Virus record (IMG/VR): IMGVR_UViG_3300021959_007005
Length of the DNA: 64,000 nt
DNA from: a virus
Lineage: Duplodnaviria; Caudoviricetes
Reading direction: 5' to 3' (one strand)
Positions within the stretch are counted from its first letter, which is position 1. Each line of letters opens with the position of its first letter. Shown in pieces: positions 1 to 8,444 of this stretch. The notes below the pieces were generated by a model. It saw nothing but the letters and a program-made list of their open reading frames with translations, had not been told where the DNA came from and made no database searches. Position numbers and translations under genes: made by a program.

Positions 1-518
1 GCAATGACCCAGAAAGTGAAGAAGCACAGGGATGGGACGAAGATGCAGTTGAGGTAGATCCATACCACTTAATGAGTAGAGAATGTTATGCAAATAAAGA
101 AGAGCCTGAAGACTTGGAAGGTTATACTCCTGTATTGTGTTTTCATAGTGGTGAGAAAGGCGGCTTTGGCCAATGGTTTATTGAAACAGACAAACCATTT
201 GATCCTAAAAAACTAGCATACACACAAGTAGAAACAGATTTATGTGAACTAGTAGATGGCATGTACTATGATAAACAACATCTGGAAACTGTCTATGATT
301 ACATGGACTCAACTGGCAAAGGCTACTATGCATATGTAGGCTGGCTTAAAGATGAATGGCACGACACACCAGATGGTATAACTGAAGAACACTGGGAAGA
401 TGTTTGGACAGATTATGATGCTGAAATGGAAGAACTTAAACAACAAGAACGTAAAGAATACGAACAAGCAAGAGCACAAAAGATTGCTGACAATCCTGGA
501 TGGGAACCTGGACAATGA
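1..518 (+). CDS. Acidic hypothetical phage protein, 5' end outside the window
   Basis: The frame of ORF 72..518 stays open back to base 3 (NDPESEEAQGWDEDA...), so the gene starts before the window. No family recognised. Confidence 0.7.
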   Translation, partial: NDPESEEAQGWDEDAVEVDPYHLMSRECYANKEEPEDLEGYTPVLCFHSGEKGGFGQWFIETDKPFDPKKLAYTQVETDLCELVDGMYYDKQHLETVYDYMDSTGKGYYAYVGWLKDEWHDTPDGITEEHWEDVWTDYDAEMEELKQQERKEYEQARAQKIADNPGWEPGQ

Positions 519-640
519 TAACAGAAACAATTATAAACAACAGTGGTATTATCATAGGTAATTTACTGTTCTGGCCTATCTATATATGGGTATGTACTAT
601 ACCATATCGTATGTTACAAATGGGTATAGACAATGCATAA
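515..640 (+). CDS. Small hydrophobic protein (41 aa, MITETIINNSGIIIGNLLFWPIYIWVCTIPYRMLQMGIDNA)
   Basis: Read by hand. It fills the gap between neighbours, with an ATGA overlap at 515-518 and one TM-like segment. Confidence 0.55.
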   Translation: MITETIINNSGIIIGNLLFWPIYIWVCTIPYRMLQMGIDNA

Positions 641-818
641 ACAAACAGGCACAAACAGTTGGACAATCGAAGTCCAAGAAAACGGAAAAACAAAAGAGCT
701 ATTCATTGAGTTTCCGCCGGATGCACTTAGTCAAGTTGGATGGGATGTAGGCGATACATTGATTTGGGAAGAACTAGATCATGGCGGCTGGAGTATAAAA
801 AAATGCGAGTCAGAATAG
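633..818 (+). CDS. AbrB/MazE-like small DNA-binding protein
   Basis: The pattern LFIEFPPDALSQVGWDVGDTLIW resembles swapped-hairpin AbrB domains. Confidence 0.55.
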   Translation: MHKQTGTNSWTIEVQENGKTKELFIEFPPDALSQVGWDVGDTLIWEELDHGGWSIKKCESE

Positions 819-1165
819 GACCATACAGAAAGAATCGTGCTACAAGAGTTGAAATAGAACCGCACGACACATGGAGCATGGATTGTACACTTGCTATGAT
901 TATTCATCCTATGCTTGTACAACTCAAAGCAACAACACATGGATATCCTAGTGATCTTACTGAAGAACGTTGGAACGAAATACTAGATGAAATGATTTGG
1001 GCATTCGGACACAAAGCAAAAGAAATGGATGCTGGAGATATGTGTGCAGACAAATGTTCAAACTTTGGTGATCCAGTATGCAAGGCTTGCTTGAAAGAAA
1101 CACAAGAACGCCTTACAAATGCATTTACATTGTTTGGAAAATACTATGAAAACTTATGGGACTAA
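803..1165 (+). CDS. Hypothetical phage protein (MRVRIGPY...)
   Basis: Start moved to the in-frame ATG at 803, which overlaps the end of the previous gene. Confidence 0.7.
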   Translation: MRVRIGPYRKNRATRVEIEPHDTWSMDCTLAMIIHPMLVQLKATTHGYPSDLTEERWNEILDEMIWAFGHKAKEMDAGDMCADKCSNFGDPVCKACLKETQERLTNAFTLFGKYYENLWD

Positions 1166-1175
1166 TAAAAGTAGT

Positions 1176-1204
1176 TTGACAGACTAATAAAAAAGTAATA
1201 TAAT
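1176..1204 (+). promoter_or_regulatory. sigma70-type early promoter
   Basis: TTGACA-N17-TATAAT, perfect consensus, upstream of queE. Confidence 0.85.
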
Positions 1205-1234
1205 ATTAGAAAATACAATCTTATAGGAAAATTT

Positions 1235-2131
1235 ATGAAGTTAAGATATAGCGAAGCATTCTACAGTGTACAAGGTGAAGGCAAGTTTGTGGGAGTACCT
1301 AGTGTATTTCTGCGTACTTTTGGTTGTAACTTTCGTTGCATGAACTTTGGACTTGATAGAAGCGAGCCAATGCGTGACGTAAAACAAAAACAAGGTGTAA
1401 TACATAACGAAGAAGTACAAGGTCTATTAGACAATAAAGTACATGAAACTACAGAAGTATTTACAGACTTGCCCATTATACACACAGGCTGTGATACATA
1501 TGCAAGTATCTATCCAGAGTTTAAACACTTTAACAAGCAAGCTACAGTTGACGAAGTTGTAGAGCATTTAATTAGTTTACTGCCAGAAGGAAAGTGGACT
1601 TGTGATAACGGTCAAGACATACATTTGATAATGACCGGAGGTGAACCGTTGTTGGCGTGGCAACGACTGTACATAGAATTATTTGAACATCCACGTATGC
1701 AGGATCTAAAAAATGTTACATTTGAAACAAATACTACACAATTTCTCAAAGACGATCTCTTTGACTATCTCAACAATAGCGACAGGATTACTGTCACATG
1801 GTCATGTTCCCCGAAACTTAGTGTTAGTGGAGAACCTTGGGATACTGCTATTAAACCTAAAGTTGCTCATGAGTATAGTCTTGTGGACGGCAGTGACTTG
1901 TATCTCAAGTTTGTTGTCGCTGATCGTATGGACATTGAAGAAGCTGAGCAAGCTGTTGAAGAATATCGTGCTGAAGGTTTGGAATGCCCTGTGTACCTTA
2001 TGCCATTGGGTGGTAGGTCTGAAGAGTACAATCTTAACGTCCAAGAAGTTGCAAACATCTGCATGGAAAAAGGGTGGCGTTTCACCCCAAGACTTCACAT
2101 TTCACTCTTCGGAAATGCGTGGGGCACTTAA
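1235..2131 (+). CDS. queE: 7-carboxy-7-deazaguanine synthase (QueE-like radical SAM)
   Basis: N-terminal EAFYSVQGEG..G.PSVFLRTFGC, TGGEP, ETN, SPKL and C-terminal PRLH. The cysteine motif is split by an insertion. Confidence 0.85.
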   Translation: MKLRYSEAFYSVQGEGKFVGVPSVFLRTFGCNFRCMNFGLDRSEPMRDVKQKQGVIHNEEVQGLLDNKVHETTEVFTDLPIIHTGCDTYASIYPEFKHFNKQATVDEVVEHLISLLPEGKWTCDNGQDIHLIMTGGEPLLAWQRLYIELFEHPRMQDLKNVTFETNTTQFLKDDLFDYLNNSDRITVTWSCSPKLSVSGEPWDTAIKPKVAHEYSLVDGSDLYLKFVVADRMDIEEAEQAVEEYRAEGLECPVYLMPLGGRSEEYNLNVQEVANICMEKGWRFTPRLHISLFGNAWGT

Positions 2132-2213
2132 TAAAAAATATAAAAATAAGCAACACGAACGAGCTATGAAGGCACCCATTAATGAAGATAAAATTAGAAA
2201 GGCTGGATTATGA
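2115..2213 (+). CDS. Small basic hypothetical protein (32 aa)
   Basis: 3' end of the long alternative-frame ORF. It fills the queE-SnoaL gap and has an ATGA overlap with the next gene. Confidence 0.4.
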   Translation: MRGALNKKYKNKQHERAMKAPINEDKIRKAGL

Positions 2214-2557
2214 ATTTACATAGTATTACTAAAAAATATCTTTCTTCTTGGAATACAAGAGATAAATCTACGCTCCAAAGTATATTTGCAGAAGATATTA
2301 CACTACAAGATTGGAATGTTAAAGTACATGGCAGAGAAAACGTAATTAATGCTAATGCTGATATTTGGGAAAATGTACCAGATATACATGTATTGTTAAT
2401 GCATATTGGTGTTTGTGAAAAACTAAAAAAATCATATGCAGAAATTACTGTTGTAAGTCAAAAAGAAAATTTACACATAAAGGTAATTGATGTTATTTCT
2501 TTTGACAAAAACAATAAAATTATCAAGGTAGATGCATTCCACCAGGAGTCAACATAA
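2210..2557 (+). CDS. SnoaL/NTF2-like domain protein
   Basis: YLSSWNTRD..LQSIFAEDITLQDW...GRENV and a C-terminal FDKNNKIIKVDAF. Confidence 0.7.
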   Translation: MNLHSITKKYLSSWNTRDKSTLQSIFAEDITLQDWNVKVHGRENVINANADIWENVPDIHVLLMHIGVCEKLKKSYAEITVVSQKENLHIKVIDVISFDKNNKIIKVDAFHQEST

Positions 2558-3649
2558 ATGAACAACTATATCTTTACAAGCGAAAGCGTTAGTGATGGAC
2601 ACCCAGATAAAATAGCAGATCAAATCAGTGATGCACTAGTAGATGCCGGACTAACCAATGGCGACGAAACAACTCGTGTAGCTATTGAAACACTTGTAAC
2701 CACTAACCATGTAACGTTAGCGGGCGAAGTAAAAAACTTTAACGTAAGCAAAGACAAGGTAAAACAAATCGTTCGTGACAAAGTTAAAGAGATTGGTTAT
2801 GAACAAGAAGGATTTCATTGGGATAACTTGCGTATCTACAATGAGATTCACTCACAAAGTGGAGACATTGCGCTAGGCACAGACGACTTTGGTGCAGGAG
2901 ATCAAGGACTAATGTTTGGCTATGCTTGTAATCATACAGACAGTATGATGCCAGCACCTATTCATTACAGCCATGAGATACTAAAGAACTTGAAAAGCAA
3001 ACGTGGTGCTATACTAGGACCAGATGCTAAGAGTCAAGTAAGTGTAGAGTACTATGGTGCTCGAAGAGATGGTATAATTAAACGTATTGACCAAGTTGTA
3101 ATAAGTACTCAGCATACTGAAGGTAATGTAGAGGAAGCTAGACATCTTTGTAAACTTTCAGCAATGGAAGAACTTGGAGATTTAGTGGATGACAACACTA
3201 TATGGCATCTTAATCCTACAGGTAATTTTGTTATCGGTGGTCCTGACGGCGATGCTGGTGTCACAGGAAGAAAGATTATCGTGGACACTTATGGCGGTTT
3301 CGCTCCTCATGGTGGCGGTGCTTTTAGTGGCAAGGATCCTACTAAAGTCGACCGCTCTGCAGCCTATATGGCTCGTTGGCTTGCTAAAAATGTTGTAGCA
3401 GATAATATGGCAGACTGGTGTAATATCCAATTAAGTTATGCTATTGGTGTTAAAGAGCCCACAAGCATTTATGTTGATAGTAACGGGCACAACGCTAGTA
3501 TTGCTAAGTTTATTGAACGTGAGATTGATTTAACTCCAAAAGGAATTATTGACAGATTTGACTTGTTTAACTATACCAACTACAGCAAAAATTGTGTATA
3601 TGGACACTTTGGTGCTAAAGATGTTCCTTGGGAGAAAATTGGATGGTAA
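2558..3649 (+). CDS. metK: S-adenosylmethionine synthetase
   Basis: FTSESVSDGHPDKIADQISDA, GAGDQG, GGPDGDAGVTGRKIIVDTYGG, GGAFSGKDPTKVDRSAAY. Confidence 0.97.
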   Translation: MNNYIFTSESVSDGHPDKIADQISDALVDAGLTNGDETTRVAIETLVTTNHVTLAGEVKNFNVSKDKVKQIVRDKVKEIGYEQEGFHWDNLRIYNEIHSQSGDIALGTDDFGAGDQGLMFGYACNHTDSMMPAPIHYSHEILKNLKSKRGAILGPDAKSQVSVEYYGARRDGIIKRIDQVVISTQHTEGNVEEARHLCKLSAMEELGDLVDDNTIWHLNPTGNFVIGGPDGDAGVTGRKIIVDTYGGFAPHGGGAFSGKDPTKVDRSAAYMARWLAKNVVADNMADWCNIQLSYAIGVKEPTSIYVDSNGHNASIAKFIEREIDLTPKGIIDRFDLFNYTNYSKNCVYGHFGAKDVPWEKIGW

Positions 3650-3954
3650 AGAAAATAATAACTGAAGAAATAGTCAGAGAAGCATTACTAAACGTATATG
3701 ATCCAGAAGTTAGTCTTAGTGTACAAGAGCTAGGATTAATTTATGAAGTAAAAATTAACGGACAAGAAGTTTACATTAAGCATACATTGACAAGTATGAT
3801 GTGTCCGTTTGCAGATGAAATTTGTCAAGGTATTGAAGAAGCAGTTGGTGAAATTTCAGGTGTTGAATCAGTTAAAAGAGAACTAGTATTTGAACCACCA
3901 TTTAGTATAGAAATGGTACCAGAAGATACACGAATGATGATGGGATGGTATTAA
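3643..3954 (+). CDS. SufT/DUF59 Fe-S cluster assembly factor
   Basis: VREALLNVYDPEVSLSVQELGLIYEV and TLTSMMCPFA (conserved Cys-Pro). Confidence 0.88.
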   Translation: MVKKIITEEIVREALLNVYDPEVSLSVQELGLIYEVKINGQEVYIKHTLTSMMCPFADEICQGIEEAVGEISGVESVKRELVFEPPFSIEMVPEDTRMMMGWY

Positions 3955-4355
3955 TGCCGTATTATACAACTGCAAACTTATTTGAAGTAGGTGACTTTAT
4001 CAGTCACGCAGGAAACAAACTAGCATGGAAAATTGAGTGCGATGCTATACGCCCAGAGTGGTGGGACGGACTAGCACGTATGATCATGGACTATCAAACC
4101 GAGCCTTTTAGTAAAGTAGTTGGTATTCCACGTGGCGGGTTGCCACTACAGTATGCAATGGAAAAATATGTAACACCTGGTGATCATCCTTGGATGGTTG
4201 TAGATGATGTGTACACTACAGGCACAAGTTTTAGGGAGTTTTGCACAAGTAATCAAACAATGTTTGCATACAAGTGGTGTATTTTTGCACGTAAACCTAT
4301 CGAAGGCGATGAGCCACATGACGTGAGAGCGTTGTTTACTATGCCCACTAAATAG
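3954..4355 (+). CDS. Type I phosphoribosyltransferase (OPRT-like, short)
   Basis: GIPRGGLP and the PRPP loop VVDDVYTTGTS. Confidence 0.8.
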   Translation: MPYYTTANLFEVGDFISHAGNKLAWKIECDAIRPEWWDGLARMIMDYQTEPFSKVVGIPRGGLPLQYAMEKYVTPGDHPWMVVDDVYTTGTSFREFCTSNQTMFAYKWCIFARKPIEGDEPHDVRALFTMPTK

Positions 4356-4372
4356 ATTTAGAGAAAGTAAAT

Positions 4373-4642
4373 ATGTTAGACAAACTCAAGAATATTTTTA
4401 ATAAAAGTAAAGAAGTAGAAACTAAAGAAAATGCCAAAGGTCCGTGGGTCAAGGTAGTAGAGGTACACTTCGATAAAGACAACCCCACACAAGGTTATTT
4501 TGAATTAGACTGGAACGAAGATTTCGTTGGTCTACTAGGTGAGGCTGGCTATGCTGGTGAGACACCTGAACAAATTGTTGACCTATGGTTTAATGATTTA
4601 TGTCGTAGTGTAGCAGCAGATGCTGCTGGAGAAGATTTATGA
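4373..4642 (+). CDS. Hypothetical phage protein
   Basis: ORF with an RBS-like GAGAAAG, in the operon. Confidence 0.7.
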   Translation: MLDKLKNIFNKSKEVETKENAKGPWVKVVEVHFDKDNPTQGYFELDWNEDFVGLLGEAGYAGETPEQIVDLWFNDLCRSVAADAAGEDL

Positions 4643-4863
4643 ATGAACAGCCTAAATTAATACTACTTACTGATATAATCGAACAAAAAGTTCGCAAAGA
4701 GAAAGAACTACAATTTTACGAAAAAGAATTAGAAAAGCTACAAAGTAAAATGTATTGGCTTAGGCGTGAGATCGGATTGAATGAAACTATCATTGATATC
4801 ATTAAAAACGATGCTGTATTAGATGTTAAGGACAATATGGAAAAACGTATGATCGAAGAATGA
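4639..4863 (+). CDS. Hypothetical coiled-coil protein
   Basis: ATGA overlaps at both ends. Confidence 0.7.
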   Translation: MNEQPKLILLTDIIEQKVRKEKELQFYEKELEKLQSKMYWLRREIGLNETIIDIIKNDAVLDVKDNMEKRMIEE

Positions 4864-5057
4864 AAAACGCAGAATCGCAACGTATTCAAGATAGCGAAGA
4901 ACGTAGACAAGCTATGAAAAAAGAACGCCGGCAGCAAGAAGGCGAAATTATTCATCAAATTAAACAACCTAAAAAAATATACAAAGGCCGTAGTTTTAGT
5001 GGAATTGAAACTTCTTCAGGTACAGTTAATCGTGGGAAGGATTGGTACTCAAAATGA
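4860..5057 (+). CDS. Small hypothetical protein
   Basis: ATGA overlaps at both ends. Confidence 0.6.
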   Translation: MKNAESQRIQDSEERRQAMKKERRQQEGEIIHQIKQPKKIYKGRSFSGIETSSGTVNRGKDWYSK

Positions 5058-5749
5058 AAAACATTAAAGACGTGCTGTTTATAGTACAAGCAAGGACTAA
5101 TAGTCAACGTGTACCTGCAAAAATGACAAGAGAATTTGCAGGTACTTGTCTATTTGAGATATTCATTAATAAGATTAAACAAACCAATATACCAATGGAA
5201 AACTTTTACGCAAGTGTTTGCGATCAAGAACTTATTGATATATGTAACAAACATGAAGTTAACATATTTAATCGCAGTTTAGCGTCACGCAACAGCGAAA
5301 ATGATTTAGTACAAATGTACGAATGGTGGGACAAATTTCCACAATACAAGTATGTTGTATTATTCAATCCATGTTTGCCATTCTTAAGCGTAAATACTAT
5401 AAATCAGTTTGTAGATCAATATGTTAGTAGTGAGCACGATGGCCTTTTTGGTGTTATGTCTAAAAAGCAATACTATTGGAACACCCAAGGTGAAATGATC
5501 ACACCCTGGCCAGCTGGTGTAACTATTATGAACACCAAAGTAGTAGAACCTACACTTGAAGCTGCACATGCATTATACGCTGGAAGACTTGATCTAATTG
5601 GCCAAGAGCGTTGGATGGGTGACTTTACAAAAAACAATCCTGCACTATTTGAAATGAAAGAGTTCGAATGCCTTGATATTGATTACGAATGGCAATTCGA
5701 AGTATATACAACTTATTGGGAAAAACATTATGGTAAAAACAATAGCTGA
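5054..5749 (+). CDS. neuA: CMP-nonulosonic (sialic-type) acid synthetase / acylneuraminate cytidylyltransferase
   Basis: IVQARTNSQRVPAKM, LFNPCLPF, LDIDYEWQF; directly upstream of NeuB. Confidence 0.8.
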   Translation: MKNIKDVLFIVQARTNSQRVPAKMTREFAGTCLFEIFINKIKQTNIPMENFYASVCDQELIDICNKHEVNIFNRSLASRNSENDLVQMYEWWDKFPQYKYVVLFNPCLPFLSVNTINQFVDQYVSSEHDGLFGVMSKKQYYWNTQGEMITPWPAGVTIMNTKVVEPTLEAAHALYAGRLDLIGQERWMGDFTKNNPALFEMKEFECLDIDYEWQFEVYTTYWEKHYGKNNS

Positions 5750-6539
5750 AATTGGCATCAATCACAACGGTGATTTAGGGTTATGCAAAGAAATGATCAC
5801 ACTCGCAAAAAAAGCAGGTGCTGATTATGTAAAATTTCAAAAGCGTGATCCGAATGTTTGTGTACCAGAAGATCAAAAGTCTAAATTAAGAGATACTCCT
5901 TGGGGAGAAATGACATACCTTGAGTACAAGCATCGTATTGAGTTCAATGACGAGTTTTATGAAATTGATCAACATTGTAAAGAAGTAGGAATCAATTGGT
6001 TTGTAAGTGTATGGGATACAAATAGTATTCAGTTTATGGCTAATAATTTTGATACTAGTATAGTAAAAGTACCAAGTGCAAAAGCCACAGACACTGAAAT
6101 TTTAAATATGTGCAATGCCATATATGGTACAGTAATAGTAAGTACTGGTATGTGTACACTGGAAGAAATTGAACAAATTGTTAGATATGTAGACAAGAAT
6201 AAACTTGTACTAATGCACACTGTAAGTACATATCCAGCAAAGACGGCAGATCTACACATTGACACAATTGATTACTTAAAACGTTATCAGGTTCCTGTTG
6301 GATATAGTGGACATGAGTTGGGTAAATTTATTTCAGCTGCACTTGCTCTAAAGGATATTGACTGGCTAGAGCGTCATTTTACTAGTGACAAAACACTGTG
6401 GGGGACTGATCAAAGTTGTAGCTTAGAAACACACGAACTTAAAGAGCTCATAGGAAATATGCAGATGCTCGAGAAGGCACGTGGTACTAGAGTTGGTGTA
6501 TTAGAATGTGAAATCCCGATACTAGAGAAACTAAGGTAA
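5730..6539 (+). CDS. neuB: Nonulosonic acid synthase (NeuB/SpsE family), lacking the C-terminal SAF domain
   Basis: IAEIGINHNGD, VKFQKR, KVPSA, STGM, MHTVSTYP, GYSGHE, LERHFT. Confidence 0.92.
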   Translation: MVKTIAEIGINHNGDLGLCKEMITLAKKAGADYVKFQKRDPNVCVPEDQKSKLRDTPWGEMTYLEYKHRIEFNDEFYEIDQHCKEVGINWFVSVWDTNSIQFMANNFDTSIVKVPSAKATDTEILNMCNAIYGTVIVSTGMCTLEEIEQIVRYVDKNKLVLMHTVSTYPAKTADLHIDTIDYLKRYQVPVGYSGHELGKFISAALALKDIDWLERHFTSDKTLWGTDQSCSLETHELKELIGNMQMLEKARGTRVGVLECEIPILEKLR

Positions 6540-6549
6540 TTTAGTATAA

Positions 6550-7476
6550 ATGCATTTAAATAGAGATCTGGCAATTTTAATTCCAGGATTAACTTACGGT
6601 GGTAGTAAAAGTTCTGAATTTTTATCACATTGTGAACAAATCACAAATCAACTAAACAAAGGTAACATTAATGATGTTACTTTTTATATTAGTACGTGGG
6701 ATCATAAAAATAATAATACACATGATTTAATAACTGCAATTGAAAATTTTGGTTTTAAGTATAAATTAGATATAGAAACTTATCAAACATTTGATCAAAT
6801 CATACATGAAATAATATATGAAGATATGCCAGAGTTTGGAAAGCTCTGGGACAAATGGCTACACGAAGATTTACTCAAAGCTTCACAATGTTCAGCAGTT
6901 GACTACAAGCGTAGACATCTATCGATATACTATAAATTTTATAAAGTGTTTTATATGACACAACACGAACACCTAATTGTTAGGACCAAATCAAACAACG
7001 GAGTCAATCTACCAATACTAGATCTATTAGATTCTCTAGAAGAAACATTAGAATGGAATCAAACAAACAATAAGTTTAAACAACCTAGTAATTTCAATAA
7101 AGAATTAGGAAACGCAAATGAACTTATTAAATATGATAACTGGATATCATGTAACATTGATGGAGTGAGTAACAATGGTCTTGTAAAAGTCAATGAAAAT
7201 GGAATATTTGGATTAAGACCTGTTTTTGAACACAGGATATTTAACTATAATTCACCTAAGGAATTTATACTTAATGGTATAGCGTCTATATACTATCAGC
7301 AGTTCTTGGATAATTTTACAGCATCACAATTAAATAAAAATTTGTCAATGCCGCCTATAGCTAGTGGTAGTTTAGTGTGGGGTCAATATTTTACTAGCAA
7401 ACGTATACAGATACACCCAGTCTGGGCGTCTGCAAATCCTTTCTCTAAAGATGGACAGGTTCATAAAATGTACTAA
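6550..7476 (+). CDS. Hypothetical protein (possibly glycan-related)
   Basis: 308-aa AT-rich ORF after neuB. No family recognised with certainty. Confidence 0.65.
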   Translation: MHLNRDLAILIPGLTYGGSKSSEFLSHCEQITNQLNKGNINDVTFYISTWDHKNNNTHDLITAIENFGFKYKLDIETYQTFDQIIHEIIYEDMPEFGKLWDKWLHEDLLKASQCSAVDYKRRHLSIYYKFYKVFYMTQHEHLIVRTKSNNGVNLPILDLLDSLEETLEWNQTNNKFKQPSNFNKELGNANELIKYDNWISCNIDGVSNNGLVKVNENGIFGLRPVFEHRIFNYNSPKEFILNGIASIYYQQFLDNFTASQLNKNLSMPPIASGSLVWGQYFTSKRIQIHPVWASANPFSKDGQVHKMY

Positions 7477-7479
7477 ATG

Positions 7480-7490
7480 ATAAATAAATA
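7480..7490 (+). promoter_or_regulatory. T4-like late promoter (two overlapping ATAAATA)
   Basis: ATAAATAAATA in the intergenic gap upstream of the aaRS-like gene. Confidence 0.5.
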
Positions 7491-7503
7491 GATGGAAAAA
7501 TAA

Positions 7504-7538
7504 AGCTCAATTTTTTTTGAGCCAATTTTTTTTAGGCT
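7504..7538 (+). repeat. Tandem imperfect palindromes (GCTCAA-T6-TTGAGC and AGCCAA-T8-AGGCT) in the 5' leader
   Basis: Two ~18-nt units that overlap at 7520-7522 and could form mutually exclusive hairpins. Confidence 0.55.
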
Positions 7539-7564
7539 GAATTAACTAAAAAGGAAAAAGATAA

Positions 7565-8437
7565 ATGACGCAACTCATAAACCCACGAAAATTTACACAA
7601 ACAGTTGGCCTTTTAAGGTCATTTTTTTTGGACAAAGGATTCTTGGAAGTCCACACCCAAAACAGACTAAGCATACTTGCCGCATGTGAAGATCCATTCA
7701 ATGTAGCAACGTACAATTACGCAGGCAACACTTGGCCACTACCCCAAACAGGCCAGATGTGGTTAGAACATGAATTATTAAGTAGCCCCGATAGTAAGGG
7801 GTTTTTTTGTGTCTCCACTTCCTATAGACAAGAGCCAAATGCTATACCAGGCAGACACGATATTATCTTCCCAATGTTTGAATTTGAAATGCCAGGCAGT
7901 GTAGATGATCTCAAAGCAATGGAAATTGAACTGTGTGAATACTTAGGCTTTGATGCACTAACAGAAAAAACTTACAGAGAATGGCAACAGCATTGGGGTG
8001 TAAGTGCAGACACCGAAATGGATGACAGTCACGAAAAAGCTATGGAAATGAACTTTGGTAGTTGTTTGATTACTGACTTTCCAGAACTAACATCACCTTT
8101 CTGGAACATGGCACGTAACGATGATGGCGAAACTGCCAAGAAGATGGATGTTATACTAGGTGGTATGGAAACTATTGGATCAGCAGAACGCTCGTGTGAT
8201 GTTGATATGATGCGTGATACATTCCATAGCATTGTAGACGGAGAGTACGCAGAGTTGTTATTCAAACTATTCGGTAAAGAACGTGTAGAAGCAGAACTAG
8301 AAGAGTTTCTAAAGTTTGACTTCTTCCAAAGAGTAGGTGGCGGAATTGGTATTACACGTATGATCCCTGCACTAGAAAAAATAAATGCACTAAGTGAGCC
8401 AATGGGTATGATTCAACCCATGCTGCGTTCAGCATAA
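7565..8437 (+). CDS. Class IIb aminoacyl-tRNA synthetase paralog (Asp/Asn-like), catalytic domain only
   Basis: Motif 1 LRSFFLDKGFLEVHT, LPQTGQMWLE, motif 2 SYRQEP..RHD..FPMFEFE, ETIGSAER, motif 3 GGGIGITRM. At 290 aa it has no room for an N-terminal anticodon-binding OB fold. Confidence 0.85.
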   Translation: MTQLINPRKFTQTVGLLRSFFLDKGFLEVHTQNRLSILAACEDPFNVATYNYAGNTWPLPQTGQMWLEHELLSSPDSKGFFCVSTSYRQEPNAIPGRHDIIFPMFEFEMPGSVDDLKAMEIELCEYLGFDALTEKTYREWQQHWGVSADTEMDDSHEKAMEMNFGSCLITDFPELTSPFWNMARNDDGETAKKMDVILGGMETIGSAERSCDVDMMRDTFHSIVDGEYAELLFKLFGKERVEAELEEFLKFDFFQRVGGGIGITRMIPALEKINALSEPMGMIQPMLRSA

Positions 8438-8444
8438 AGTTTAT

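Noticed and set aside
1713-2114. 166-aa + strand ORF overlapping queE in another frame
   Set aside because: It is a shadow of queE. Only its last 32 codons (2115-2213) plausibly form a gene.
6545-6552. TATAAATG late-promoter-like box
   Set aside because: It contains the start codon of the gene it would serve, so it cannot drive that gene.
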